The translations under genes and the position numbers were made by a program. From Moniliella sp. 'wahieum' (lineage: Eukaryota), in the NCBI GenBank assembly GCA_003971905.1, contig RSEE01000067.1:124001-188000 (forward strand): a DNA stretch of 64,000 nucleotides, written 5' to 3'. Every line of letters starts with the position of its first letter. Position 1 is the stretch's first letter. Below, piece after piece: positions 10,848-24,100 of the stretch. The notes beneath the pieces are model-generated. The model had not been told where the DNA came from. It ran no database searches and saw only the letters and a list, made by a program, of their open reading frames with translations.

Positions 10848-13829
10848 TTAGGTAGGCAGGGATTCGGAAGAGACATAACGAATGTGGCCCCGTGCGGACC
10901 GGGGGTGCGGGGAGGGAATGTAGTGGGGCGAAACAGGTGGTCGGCGGTCGCTGGAAACGAGCGAAAGACGTTTGAGGCCCGAAGCACGGCGGGTGGCGAG
11001 ACCAGCGCCCCCGCCGGCGGTCGAGCCAGGACTAAGACTATCGACACTGCCTGCCGCGCTCAAGTTGGCAGGAGAGGGTGGGCTCGGGTCCAAGTGGGGC
11101 GTGGAGGCGCTGCGGTCGCGCAGCCGGAGTGGCGGTAAGGGGTCCCGTTCCTTACTGTACACGGTCTGCAGCTTGCGCAGCTCGTCTTTGACTTGTTTGT
11201 AGGCAGAGAGGATATGAGCTTCCTTGGTTCGGTGTTCCGTCTCCTTGGTCTGTTGCGTCAGAGGGGGTTGGGTTAGGTTCAGAGGCCGAGCCGCGCAACA
11301 CACAGACAGAGAGGGAAGAGAAGACGAAACGTACCATATTGGATTCGGCGGGCACCAGTGCTCGCAACCGTTCAATCTCGCGCCGCATCTCCTCCTTTTC
11401 CACGTTCATCTGGTGCAACGCCTTTTCTTGCCCGCGCGTCTTTTCTCGTTCTTGCACCAGCAGCGCTTGCAGATCCGCTTCCTTGCCCCGACGAGTGGGG
11501 GGGAGGTAGCTCTCCTCCAATTCGGCTTCGAGTTGCGTCACCTCGGTCTGCCACAGCTCCAGCTCCTCTTCATGCGTCGAGGCCATGAGCAACATGGTCT
11601 CGCTCTGCTGGTCCAGGAGGGATAGCAACTGTGCTCGTTCAGCCTCCTGCGCTTCCTTTCGCATACGGCGCAGGTGCAGGTACCGTGTCGGCAGTTCGCC
11701 CAGCTCGGGCGCCGAGCCAGGCTCGGGCAAACTGCCATCGTCCAGCTCAAACAGGTACGCCAACAATTTCTGTTCATGCAACGTCTTTTTGAATGCTTGT
11801 GCCACCCCTGTCATATGGGTTCGTTAGTCATCCTAGTCTACCTCTCGACCCCCACACACCAAGGAAAAACGGACAGACACGTACCTTGAAAGGCGCCGGA
11901 CAAGTTGGGAGGGTCACCACTGGCGAGCGGAGTCCAGCGTGGCCCAGCGGGCGGAGACGCTTCGCTGGAAGGAAGGGTGAGTCCATGCTTGGTCGGAGTT
12001 CGGTCGCCCACGAGGGAGGGCGAACTACTGGGGAAGGGGGGGCTGCAGAGCGAGCTACGGCGTGCCGGGCTGTCGTCATGCTGATGTACCGGCGACGAGG
12101 GGGGCGAGAGAATGCGTACGGGCGGCAGAGGCGTGAGCGTAGTGCGAACAAAAGGCGAAGGCAAAAAGGAGGGTTGACCGAGTCGAGTTGGATCGTTTTC
12201 ATCATACTCCTCTTGCTCTTCTTGTTGCTCTTGTTGCTCGCCTTGTTGTCGCTCATCTTGGTATTCAAAGTCGTCTTCATTCTCATTTCCATTTTCATCT
12301 TCGTTTTCGTTTTCGTCTTCCTCCTCCGGCTCGTCCTCCTCGTCCTCAGGGTCCGACAGGGGGCTGTCACGATCGGTATCGTGGCTGGCATGGCTGCCAT
12401 AGATTGGCAGGCTGGTGTCGGCCGCGGCGGGGCTGGGCAAGAGCCAGGAACGACGGTGGGGGCTGAGATCGTTTGGCTTGCGACCGGGGAAGGCGCCAAA
12501 GGTGCTGGTATGAATTTCTTGTGGCAACCCGTGGTGCACCGACAGGCCCGGGGAAGCAGCGAGCCGATTCGAAGGCGCAAGGGCGGCGAGCCGACGGCCA
12601 AGGTTAGACCCAAACTACGATGCGGAGAAGTGGTCGTGGCCCGGTTCGGGGGGGAGGCGAAGCAGGCTGATGGGGGTCTGGGTCGAGCAGCGCGGCGGGC
12701 GACGGCAGCGCATCGGATGAGAGACTTCGTTTGTGCGGAGCAGGCACCGGCGAGTGCGGGGGCAGGCTGTGTCGCGCATACGGCTTGACACCCGACGGTA
12801 AAGGCGGGAGCGGAATGGTGGGCGGTGGGGTGAGCGGAGGGGGGCTGCGGTTCGGCTGGCAGGGGGAGAGCAGGCCCGGGGATACCGATTGGGGCAAGGG
12901 GCTGAGACGAGGCGCGAGCGGCGAGCGATTGGGGGGGCGGTGCTCGCCTGACCACCGCTGAGGACCAGCGAAGAACGAGTGAGGCGCTCAAATGCCGAGG
13001 CGCGCCCGAGCTGGAGCGGAGGGACTTGTTTCCGCGGGGCTCCGGGATAGCGCGTGGGAGGCCGGCCGGGCTCGCCCAAAGAAGGAGACAAGGTGGAAGG
13101 CAGGAACGAGAGCGGCGACGCGGGCGAGACCTGCTGTTGCTGCTTCTGTTGCGGCGGCGGCGGCGGTGGCGGTTGAGGCAGCTGAGGCAGCTGCAGCGCA
13201 CGGTCTGCCTCGAGCTCCATCTCCATTTCGAGGCGAATCAGGTCTTGCGCCTGCTGCTCCTCCGAGTCGGGGCTGGGCGGGCCAGTGACGCGGGATAGGC
13301 CGGAGAGGGAGGAGAGGCGGAGCGCTCCGCCCGGGAGTAAGTGCCAGGGCGGACGGCTGGGCGGTGGGGACGGCGAAAAGGGGACACTGGCGGGAGAGGT
13401 GACCGAGTCCGGCACAATGCGTGGGTCGGGCGAGGGGCGCGGAGACACGGCACTGTTGCGCTCCGACTGGGGCACGTCGGGCGGGGAGCCAGCCGAAGGC
13501 GGAAGTAGCCGGACCTCTTTGGGGCCTGGGATGGCACGGGAGTGGAAGTGAATGTGGTCACCACTGCCTTCTTGGTCGTTGTCGTCATCGTCAACATCAA
13601 CGTCGTCGTCGTCGTCGTCGTCGTCGTCCTCTTGGTCATCTCCTGACCCGTTATAGTAATAGTCGGCGTAGTCGTCGCCCTCGTCGTCGTCATCCTCATT
13701 GTCAGGGCCGAGGGGATGGTGGCTTTGAGGACGAGGGGAACGGCCGGTGGAGATGTAGCTGCGACGGGCCACCTGGATGCCAGCCAGGATGGCGTTGGCC
13801 GAGTCGATCTGGTTCTCCCAGCGGTGCAT
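10848..13829 (-). CDS. Hypothetical low-complexity (poly-Asp, Pro/Ser, acidic) protein with C-terminal coiled coil
   Basis: Long ORFs 12615-13988, 11838-12539, 11152-11814 and 10848-11375; heptad-like EEELELWQTEVTQLEAELEE and AYKQVKDELRKLQ; GT-AG introns near 11810-11884 and 11250-11333. Confidence 0.6.
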
Positions 13830-14056
13830 GAGCAGCTGGGGTGAGGAAGGGCGACTAGTGAGTGGAGGGAAGGACCGCTGCCGACGGCGGGTGGTGTTGG
13901 TGTTGGTTGGTGCCTGGTGGCCGCCCGAGTGCAAGCCCAGGTGTGGCTTGCTAGCGCGGCGGCGCCACCAAGTAAGCGCTATGTTCATGCATCATGCATC
14001 ACCATCAGCCACCAATGTATACTACGTACTCGATCGTTTCTATCCATTTTACCGCC

Positions 14057-14146
14057 TCCTCGATGGTCCAACGGCTATGATGTGACGCTCTCAACTGCCC
14101 AATGGGGAGGACCGTCAAGACCCGGGTTCGACTCCCGGTCGGGGAA
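14057..14146 (+). tRNA. tRNA-Glu(CTC) with ~18 nt intron
   Basis: Acceptor TCCTCGA/TCGGGGA, anticodon stem TGACG/CGTCA around CT-CTC-A, T-arm CCGGG-TTCGACT-CCCGG, T-rich terminator downstream. Confidence 0.9.
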
Positions 14147-15046
14147 TTTCCTTTTGCTGGGAACAGGATGGGTGGTGATATCCACTGGACTATATCGAGT
14201 AGGCATGCACAACTGCAGACGATAATGGATTGGAGGATTAGATCAGGGTCATGCGTCATGCATCATGTAAGGGTTGTGTATGGATGGGATGGATCTTGAG
14301 CAAAATGGAAGATTAGGCGACGGCTACACAGTCGACACAGTCGTCACTCGTTCGCCACGGGATGATTCAGCCACGTATACCCCACCTGATGCCTGAAAAG
14401 GTTATTGAAGCTTGAAGCTTGAAGACGGACGGAGAGCAATTAGCAACAAGGGAGTAGGGATTAAGTCTGTAACACTCCTGATGGCGTCAACGGGGGGGGG
14501 GCAATAAGCAATAGCGCCCACTGCGCAACGGCCACAGGGGTTGTGGAGCAGGCTACATAGCAAAAAGGCTGTTCGGCAACATAGAGGGTTGGGTGGGAGA
14601 GGGTATCTGGGCGGAATGGGCCGGATGTGCAAGAGAATGGGGTGTCTGGAGGCGTGGTGGGTGGTGGGTGGAGGCGGAGGCGGCATGGAGCAGCACACAG
14701 CGCATGCCAGGAGGGCGGCAAGAAGCTTTGCCGAGCGGTGCGTACAGGCTAATGCGACCCGCCCTATGCACGGAGGTGGGGGGGACCACGCGCACCTGCG
14801 CTTTCTGGCTCTGCTTTTTGCCTGCCAGTCCAGCCAGCCGAGGCGAAGAGCCGCCCCATCGTCAGGGGTGTTGGGCGGGGGGCACGGGGCGAGTGGGCTG
14901 GTGCTCCTCCAGCGGTGCGTTCTCCGCAGCGCCGGTGGGCGCACGTCCATCCTCCAGCCTGCCTGAACACCGCCCGTCGGATGGCGCCCGGCTGTCTCAG
15001 GCGGCAGGACACCGCTGTCATACTCCAATGTCATGGCAGCTCCGCT

Positions 15047-15055
15047 GATATATAT
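15047..15055 (+). promoter_or_regulatory. Putative TATA element of the giant DLC-repeat gene
   Basis: ATATATAT ~115 bp upstream of ATG 15167, followed by a C-rich leader. Confidence 0.35.
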
Positions 15056-15166
15056 CCCCTGCCTCTCCCCTTTGCCCGCCGGCCGCACCCCACCCCCACC
15101 ATCCCCCTTTCCCTAGCCTTTTCCCAGCCCCCCAGCCCCCCAGCCCCCCCAGCCCCCACCATCAGC

Positions 15167-18100
15167 ATGTCCACTCCCAACGCAGCTGGCCAAGCCACGC
15201 TGGACGCCGGCGTGCAGCAAGTCGTTGACGCCACGCTGTCCAACGGCGCAGCCGCCACCGCCAAGGCCCTCGACCACGCCTACGGCCCTCACTGGTCGGT
15301 CCTCTCTGCCTCCGGCACACGCATCGTCCACGCCGACGCCGGCACCCTCCTCACCCTCCCCACCGCCTTTGGCGAGGTGACAGTGTGGAAGACGGCCGTG
15401 CTAGCCCAGGACGCAGACCACTTTGCTGCCACGCCCGCCACGCCGGGAATCCATACCGACGTTGCCGCCTCGCTGGAGCAAGTGTCGCTGGCAATGAGAA
15501 CCGAAGTGTATGCCCTGGCTGGCTCGGCCCTGGCGCTTTATGGAAGCTCCGCCATCCAAGTCGCCAATTACATCCAGGACAAGATCGCCCTCTCTCCGCT
15601 CTTTGCCGAGGGTTGGCACATCCACACTGGAACGTCATTTTCCCTCCTCCCCTTTAGCACCGCCAACAAGGTGGTTGACTTTGTTGTGGCCGGGCAGTGT
15701 TTTACCCTCTACTTTGGCCATGTTGCTGCGCCTGCTTTGCCTGACACTGCGGGCTCCAAGGAAGCGGCGACGACCATTGGCACCGCCATTGTGGAGGAGG
15801 AAGGCTTCGGAATCCAAGGCAGCGCACAACTCAACACCCCTATTACTCCCGTCTTGGCCGCAGGCCAGACCGTTGTCCAGACCTCCAACCAGGTCGACGT
15901 CAACGAAATCAGCACTGCCGAGGGCAGCACCATCGAGGTTGCCCCGCAAGTTGCTGATGAGAAGAAGAGCATCACGAACATTACCACCACTGAACAAAGC
16001 CGTACGCTGCCTGCCCACAGCACCACAGCGGCCATCGTGGAAGAGACCTCGGGCAGCGCCGCGGCCGTCGGCCCGGTCGTTGGGTCGACGACAACAACAA
16101 CAACCAAGGAGTAGTAACCAGCGTTCCTGCCTCCGAGACCGTCGTGGTACAGCTTCCATCGAAAGAAGTGGTGGAAACAGTGCAAGTTCAGCACCAAGCC
16201 CAGCCCACGGTGACAGAGACGCAGGAGGCGCATGTGGTCGAGGTCGGTGGCGCTGGCGCTGCGCTCCCAATCACCACGCGTGAAGTCCGCGACGTCACCA
16301 CAGGCTCCACCGCCACGTCATCTACCAACACCACCGTTCATACCACCACCAGTCCTACGGCCCAGCCTGGAAAGTCGGTGTTCACAACGGTGACCACCGT
16401 CACAGAGGAAACTACCTATGTGATCGGACCCAATGGGGAGCTAATCCCTCAGTCAACGTCGCAAGTGACAGAAGTAACTCCCAGCGAAACGTACCAGGTG
16501 GAAGGTACAGCGTCGGCTGGGCCGTCTGGCAAACCGAGCAGTACGTCGTCTCAACCACGACTGTGGGGGAAGACACCACGTCTCCCCGTGGACAGCCCAG
16601 CACGGAAACCAAGCGGGCCGAGAGCCAAATGCGTTCGCTGGCCCAAGACTGGCTTGGCCTGGGCGTTGTGGCTGGCACGGTTGGGCTAGTGCATTCGCTT
16701 CGGCCCGAGGTTCGGAGTGCCTCACGCGAACAATTGTTGTCCACCAGTGAGGTGACCCGCACCTCGCTCACTTCCCTGCCGGAGGCGGAGGTGCAGACAA
16801 TTTTGGTAGACGCCATCCACACCTCCACTTCCACCGCCGAGCTGGCTCAGTTGGTCCAAGATTCGCTCACGACCAAAACGGGCAAAAGGGATGGTACCTA
16901 TTGGTCGGTGAGGTGGAACTGGGTCCCAAGGTGCTCGAGGTTTACCGTATCAAGTTGGCTTCCGAGACGTTCACTGTCGTTCGGATCGATCGGGAGCAAA
17001 GCACGGTCAAGAAGCAGATCCCTATCCCCCAACCTCCCGTGAATAAAGAGACTATTATTAGCCTGCCTCATCAAGAGACGGGAACCAAACAAAGTACGTA
17101 TTTCATCCTTCTTGTTCTTTTTGCATGCACGTGTACAGAACTAACACTATTCCGCGACCTCTTGTCAAGTTGAAGAGGAGGCCAAGGCGAGGCACAGAAG
17201 TGGTTGTAGCTTTGCCCACCCTTTCCGGTCCTCCGACAACGAATACTACATCGATCCAAGACCTGGTTGAGGAAACGCGTGGTGTGACTCTGACGACCGA
17301 GACGTCAAACACATCGGATGTCCAGACCAAGGAACAACAGATCGTGGCCCTGCCTTCGGTCGAACAGACCGTTGTCCAGGTGCAACCAGAAGAGAAACTA
17401 AGGAGCAGAAGAGTGGATTGTCAATCGAACATGAGACCGAGGTCTACCAGAAACCTGCTACGGAAACTGCGATTGAGGTCGTGAATACTGAGGCTTCAGA
17501 CACCGCCACAAAGACCGAGGTGGATGTCCAAGAGAAGCAGTCAAATCAACCTCAAGTCGAAGTTGAAAAAACTGTGCAATCGTCTGCGGATCAGATTAAC
17601 GAGTCTGTTGATGTGACCGAGACAACGCAGACGACGCAAGTCCGAGAAATCCAGTCGATCCAACCTGAATCCGAGACTCAAAAGTCTGTGGCCTCTGTGG
17701 TTCAAGTGGTGGACACGGAGGCAGAAACGACCCCGGATACGAAGACGGAAGCCATGTGGATCCAGCCCAAAGAGGAGGTGAAAACGCCGGCGCTGGAGTC
17801 TGCAATTGAGAATGTTGAGGAGGCGGAGGCAGTGGAAACTGCCAAGGTGGAAACGTCCACGGTTGTCCAAACCACTACTGAAGCCAAGGAGACTACGGCC
17901 GTGGCGCAAGAGACGAAGCCCGAGGAGACTATCATCGTCGAGAAAGAGATCCCGGTCGTCGAAGAGGCCAAGGTGGAGGAAGATGCGAAAACAACGGAAA
18001 CAACGGATGTTGGCGCAGTGACCAATCTCGAAAGCACATCCGAGGCCAAGGTGAAGGAGCAGACCAGGGAGGTGGAGGCAGCGGCGGTTGTTGCGGCTGG

Positions 18101-21100
18101 CGTGGTCGCGGCGCATGAGACTGCTGAAGAGGTCACCAGTACTTTGGCCGAGCGAAGTCTCCCAGCCGTCGAGCAGAGCAGCACAGTCGAGGAGCATGAG
18201 ACCAAGGCGGTTGAGGTGGAAGAGAGCGAGGTGGTTAACAATGAGACCACGAAGGAGGAGGTCAAGTCCGTCGAAGAGAAGGTTACACCTGATGTTCCCA
18301 TTGCCTCTGTGGTGGAGTCGAAGGAGACCGAGGTGGAGGTGGAAGTGCCTGCGCCCGTCAGCGCGCCGGCTCCTCGCGGGATTGAAAGCAGCACAATCCA
18401 GACCCAGGTTCAAGGGACTGAGAGTGTTACCACCCAAGAGATTCGCGAGACCAAGCAGGTGGAAACGACGGAGAGTACCGAGGAAAGTGTTGCCGTTGAC
18501 GTCGCTGCCCAACCGGAGGAGACCGGTCCCCTTCCAGCTCGGGAATTACCAGCTGAAGTCACGGAAGTGGTGACTGAGGTCGAAGTACCTGCCCCGCGTG
18601 AACTCCCAGCGAAAGAGACGGCGCCACAAGAGCTTCCGGCCGTGGTGTCAACTACGCGTGAGATTCCACAGCAGGGAGCACCAACCCGTGAGGTGGGCCA
18701 GACGAGTGCAGCGGAAGAAACCACGGTGCAAGAGACGACGGTCGAATCATCTCAGATTACCACCCAAGAGATTCGCCAGGAACAGCATGCCGTGCCGACC
18801 ACCCAAGTGACCGAGGTGGACGTGGTGGAATTGCCCACTCGCGAAACGAAAGATCTGACCAAAACCTTGACCGAAGTGGTGGGGGGAGAAACGGTCGTAC
18901 AAGCGCCGAAAGAAATCTCCACGGGCGAGGTGACCACCTCCCGGGAACTGCCCGCTCCACGGGAAGTGCAACCGGTGCAGCCGGCAACGACCAGCCGCTG
19001 GGGATTCCGGCAGTGGCTGCACGGCTTGGGCAGCAAGGCGGCAGAACACGGTGCGAGCGTAGCCACCGTCGCGGGCGGCGCGGTTGCGACGGCGATCGCG
19101 GGCGTGGCGGTGGCCAAGACGGTGTCTGCGGCGGCTAAAGACAAGACGGCAGAGCAGCTGCGCTCGATGGCCCAGCTCGGTGCGTCCAAGGGTGCGTCGG
19201 AGCACGAGTCGCAGCTGGTGCTCGACTCGGTCACGCAGGCCATCACGACCACGACGTCGACCGACGAAGTGGCTGACGCGGTGGCCCAGACGCTGGAGGA
19301 CCAGACGGGCCAGACGGGATGGCACGTGGTGGTGGCCGAGGACAAGTATGCGGACGTGGGGGCGGCAGAGGATGTGGCGGCGTACCAGACGCTCGAGGGG
19401 GCGGACAGTACTACACGGTGTACCGGACGGTGACGACGATCACGCCGGAGACGCGCACGCAGCTGGTGCAGTCGCTGCAGTCGCCGACGGCGGTGAGTGG
19501 GACGACGCTGTCGGAGGCGGAGACGAAGACGGTGCTGGGCGCGGTTGTTAGCTCGGTGGAGACGGCCACGTCGGCGGAGGACATTGGGACGGTTGCTGTT
19601 CAGAAGCTCGAGGCCGAGACGGGCAAGGTGGGTTGGCACGTTGCGCCAGCCTCTAGCGTCGAGGTGGGCACGCTCACTCAGTACACGATCCTCAGTACGT
19701 CTCACCGGTTCCCCCCCTGATTTTGCATGTGAAAACTAACAGCTTCTTTGTTTTGTTCCACCGCCAGCGCTGGGAGGTCAGCCGACCGTGGTGTACTATG
19801 AGGGTATCGAATCAGCTGCCGAGCAGGTGGCGGAGACCCAAGAGACCCAAGAGACCCAAGAGACACAAGAGACAGTCGAAACGCGCTCTGTGCATGAACA
19901 CCGGGACCAGCTCAAGGAGAAGGTTGATGATGTGAAGGAGAAGGTGGACGAGGCGAAGGAGCACGCGAAGGACAAGGCGAAGGACGCGCTGGGCCTGGGC
20001 GCGGTGCTGGCCGGCGTGGTGGTGCTGCACGAGATTGAGAAGCACACGCGCGAAAAGACGGAGGCGGAGCTGGTCAAGGACGCCCAGGTCGACTCCCACA
20101 CGCAGTCAGTGTCGGACGAGGTGGTGGTGGACACGATTGCCAAAGCCATCCGCGCGCACGGCGAGTCGTCCGAGGAGGTGGCGCAGTATGTGACGTCGGC
20201 GCTGGAGAAGCAAACGGGCCAGACGGGCTGGCAGCTGGTGGTGGGCGACCGGCGGCTGCTGTGAGCGAGGCGGGCGCGGCCGAGTATTCGACAGTGACGA
20301 TTGACAAGCACGTCTTTACTGTGTACCGCATCGTCACCACCACCACTACGACCGTCACTACCACGACCACTGCCGAGACGGGCGCGGAGGCGACGACGAC
20401 GGAATCGGTCGCCCGCACGCAGGAGACGGAGGTGGTTGCGCCCAAGCGCCGCGGGGGGTGGGGTCTTGGCAAGCTGATCCGGTCGCTGGGGGCGAGTGCA
20501 GCCGAGCATGGCGCAGCGGTTGCGGGCGGCGCAGTTGCGACGGCGATCGCGGGCGTGGCGGTGGCCAAGACGGTGTCTGCGGCGGCTAAAGACAAGACGG
20601 CAGAGCAGCTGCGCTCGATGGCCCAGCTCGGTGCGTCCAAGGGTGCGTCGGAGCACGAGTCGCAGCTGGTGCTCGACTCGGTCACGCAGGCCATCACGAC
20701 CACGACGTCGACCGACGAAGTGGCTGACGCGGTGGCCCAGACGCTGGAGGACCAGACGGGCCAGACGGGATGGCACGTGGTGGTGGCCGAGGACAAGTAT
20801 GCGGACGTGGGGGCGGCAGAGGATGTGGCGGCGTACCAGACGCTCGAGGTGGGCGGACAGTACTACACGGTGTACCGGACGGTGACGACGATCACGCCGG
20901 AGACGCGCACGCAGCTGGTGCAGTCGCTGCAGTCGCCGACGGCGGTGAGTGGGACGACGCTGTCGGAGGCGGAGACGAAGACGGTGCTGGGCGCGGTTGT
21001 TAGCTCGGTGGAGACGGCCACGTCGGCGGAGGACATTGGGACGGTTGCTGTTCAGAAGCTCGAGGCCGAGACGGGCAAGGTGGGTTGGCACGTTGCGCCA

Positions 21101-24100
21101 GCCTCTAGCGTCGAGGTGGGCACGCTCACTCAGTACACGATCCTCAGTACGTCTCACCGGTTCCCCCCTGATTTTGCATGTGAAAACTAACAGCTTCTTT
21201 GTTTTGTTCCACCGCCAGCGCTGGGAGGTCAGCCGACCGTGGTGTACTATGAGGGTATCGAATCAGCTGCCGAGCAGGTGGCGGAGACCCAAGAGACCCA
21301 AGAGACCCAAGAGACACAGAGACAGTCGAAACGCGCTCTGTGCATGAACACCGGGACCAGCTCAAGGAGAAGGTTGATGGTGAAGGAGAAGGTGGACGAG
21401 GCGAAGGAGCACGCGAAGGACAAGGCGAAGGACGCGCTGGGCCTGGGCGCGGTGCTGGCCGGCGTGGTGGTGCTGCACGAGATTGAGAAGCACACGCGCG
21501 AAAAGACGGAGGCGGAGCTGGTCAAGGACGCCCAGGTCGACTCCCACACGCAGTCAGTGTCGGACGAGGTGGTGGTGGACACGATTGCCAAAGCCATCCG
21601 CGCGCACGGCGAGTCGTCCGAGGAGGTGGCGCAGTATGTGACGTCGGCGCTGGAGAAGCAAACGGGCCAGACGGGCTGGCAGCTGGTGGTGGGCGACCGG
21701 GCGGCTGCTGTGAGCGAGGCGGGCGCGGCCGAGTATTCGACAGTGACGATTGACAAGCACGTCTTTACTGTGTACCGCATCGTCACCACCACCACTACGA
21801 CCGTCACTACCACGACCACTGCCGAGACGGGCGCGGAGGCGACGACGACGGAATCGGTCGCCCGCACGCAGGAGACGGAGGTGGTTGCGCCCAAGCGCCG
21901 GGGGGTGGGGTCTTGGCAAGCTGATCCGGTCGCTGGGGGCGAGTGCAGCCGAGCATGGCGCAGCGGTTGCGGGCGGCGCAGTTGCGACGGCGATCGCGGG
22001 CGTGGCGGTGGCCAAGACGGTGTCTGCGGCGGCTAAAGACAAGACGGCAGAGCAGCTGCGCTCGATGGCCCAGCTCGGTGCGTCCAAGGGTGCGTCGGAG
22101 CACGAGTCGCAGCTGGTGCTCGACTCGGTCACGCAGGCCATCACGACCACGACGTCGACCGACGAAGTGGCTGACGCGGTGGCCCAGACGCTGGAGGACC
22201 AGACGGGCCAGACGGGATGGCACGTGGTGGTGGCCGAGGACAAGTATGCGGACGTGGGGCGGCAGAGGATGTGGCGGCGTACCAGACGCTCGAGGTGGGC
22301 GGACAGTACTACACGGTGTACCGGACGGTGACGACGATCACGCCGGAGACGCGCACGCAGCTGGTGCAGTCGCTGCAGTCGCCGACGCGGCGGTGAGTGG
22401 GACGACGCTGTCGGAGGCGGAGAGAGACGGTGCTGGGCGCGGTTGTTAGCTCGGTGGAGACGGCCACGTCGGCGGAGGACATTGGGACGGTTGCTGTTCA
22501 GAAGCTCGAGGCCGAGACGGGCAAGGTGGGTTGGCACGTTGCGCCAGCCTCTAGCGTCGAGGTGGGCACGCTCACTCAGTACACGATCCTCAGTACGTCT
22601 CACCGGTTCCCCCCTGATTTTGCATGTGAAAACTAACAGCTTCTTTGTTTTGTTCCACCGCCAGCGCTGGGAGGTCAGCCGACCGTGGTGTACTATGAGG
22701 GTATCGAATCAGCTGCCGAGCAGGTGGCGGAGACCCAAGAGACCCAAGAGACCCAAGAGACACAAGAGACAGTCGAAACGCGCTCTGTGCATGAACACCG
22801 GGACCAGCTCAAGGAGAAGGTTGATGATGTGAAGGAGAAGGTGGACGAGGCGAAGGAGCACGCGAAGGACAAGGCGAAGGACGCGCTGGGCCTGGGCGCG
22901 GTGCTGGCCGGCGTGGTGGTGCTGCACGAGATTGAGAAGCACACGCGCGAAAAGACGGAGGCGGAGCTGGTCAAGGACGCCCAGGTCGACTCCCACACGC
23001 AGTCAGTGTCGGACGAGGTGGTGGTGGACACGATTGCCAAAGCCATCCGCGCGCACGGCGAGTCGTCCGAGGAGGTGGCGCAGTATGTGACGTCGGCGCT
23101 GGAGAAGCAAACGGGCCAGACGGGCTGGCAGCTGGTGGTGGGCGACCGGGCGGCTGCTGTGAGCGAGGCGGGCGCGGCCGAGTATTCGACAGTGACGATT
23201 GACAAGCACGTCTTTACTGTGTACCGCATCGTCACCACCACCACTACGACCGTCACTACCACGACCACTGCCGAGACGGGCGCGGAGGCGACGACGACGG
23301 AATCGGTCGCCCGCACGCAGGAGACGGAGGTGGTTGCGCCCAAGCGCCGCGGGGGGTGGGGTCTTGGCAAGCTGATCCGGTCGCTGGGGGCGAGTGCAGC
23401 CGAGCATGGCGCAGCGGTTGCGGGCGGCGCAGTTGCGACGGCGATCGCGGGCGTGGCGGTGGCCAAGACGGTGTCTGCGGCGGCTAAAGACAAGACGGCA
23501 GAGCAGCTGCGCTCGATGGCCCAGCTCGGTGCGTCCAAGGGTGCGTCGGAGCACGAGTCGCAGCTGGTGCTCGACTCGGTCACGCAGGCCATCACGACCA
23601 CGACGTCGACCGACGAAGTGGCTGACGCGGTGGCCCAGACGCTGGAGGACCAGACGGGCCAGACGGGATGGCACGTGGTGGTGGCCGAGGACAAGTATGC
23701 GGACGTGGGGGCGGCAGAGGATGTGGCGGCGTACCAGACGCTCGAGGTGGGCGGACAGTACTACACGGTGTACCGGACGGTGACGACGATCACGCCGGAG
23801 ACGCGCACGCAGCTGGTGCAGTCGCTGCAGTCGCCGACGGCGGTGAGTGGGACGACGCTGTCGGAGGCGGAGACGAAGACGGTGCTGGGCGCGGTTGTTA
23901 GCTCGGTGGAGACGGCCACGTCGCGGAGGACATTGGGACGGTTGCTGTTCAGAAGCTCGAGGCCGAGACGGGCAAGGTGGGTTGGCACGTTGCGCCAGCC
24001 TCTAGCGTCGAGGTGAGCAAGCTCACTCGGTACATCATCATTGGTTCGTCCATCCCCCTCCCCCCTCATTTGGCTTTGCTAACCTCCTATAACAGTGTTG

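Noticed and set aside
16112..16114. Stop codon splitting the giant gene after the first two DLC-like domains
   Set aside because: Restoring one G (AAG GAG GTA GTA ACC) joins it seamlessly to the next ORF with the same composition, consistent with the window's indel errors.
19071..24015. Long antisense and alternative-frame ORFs over the tandem repeat and acidic spacer
   Set aside because: Shadow ORFs from GC-rich, biased codon usage of the plus-strand gene; no independent motifs.
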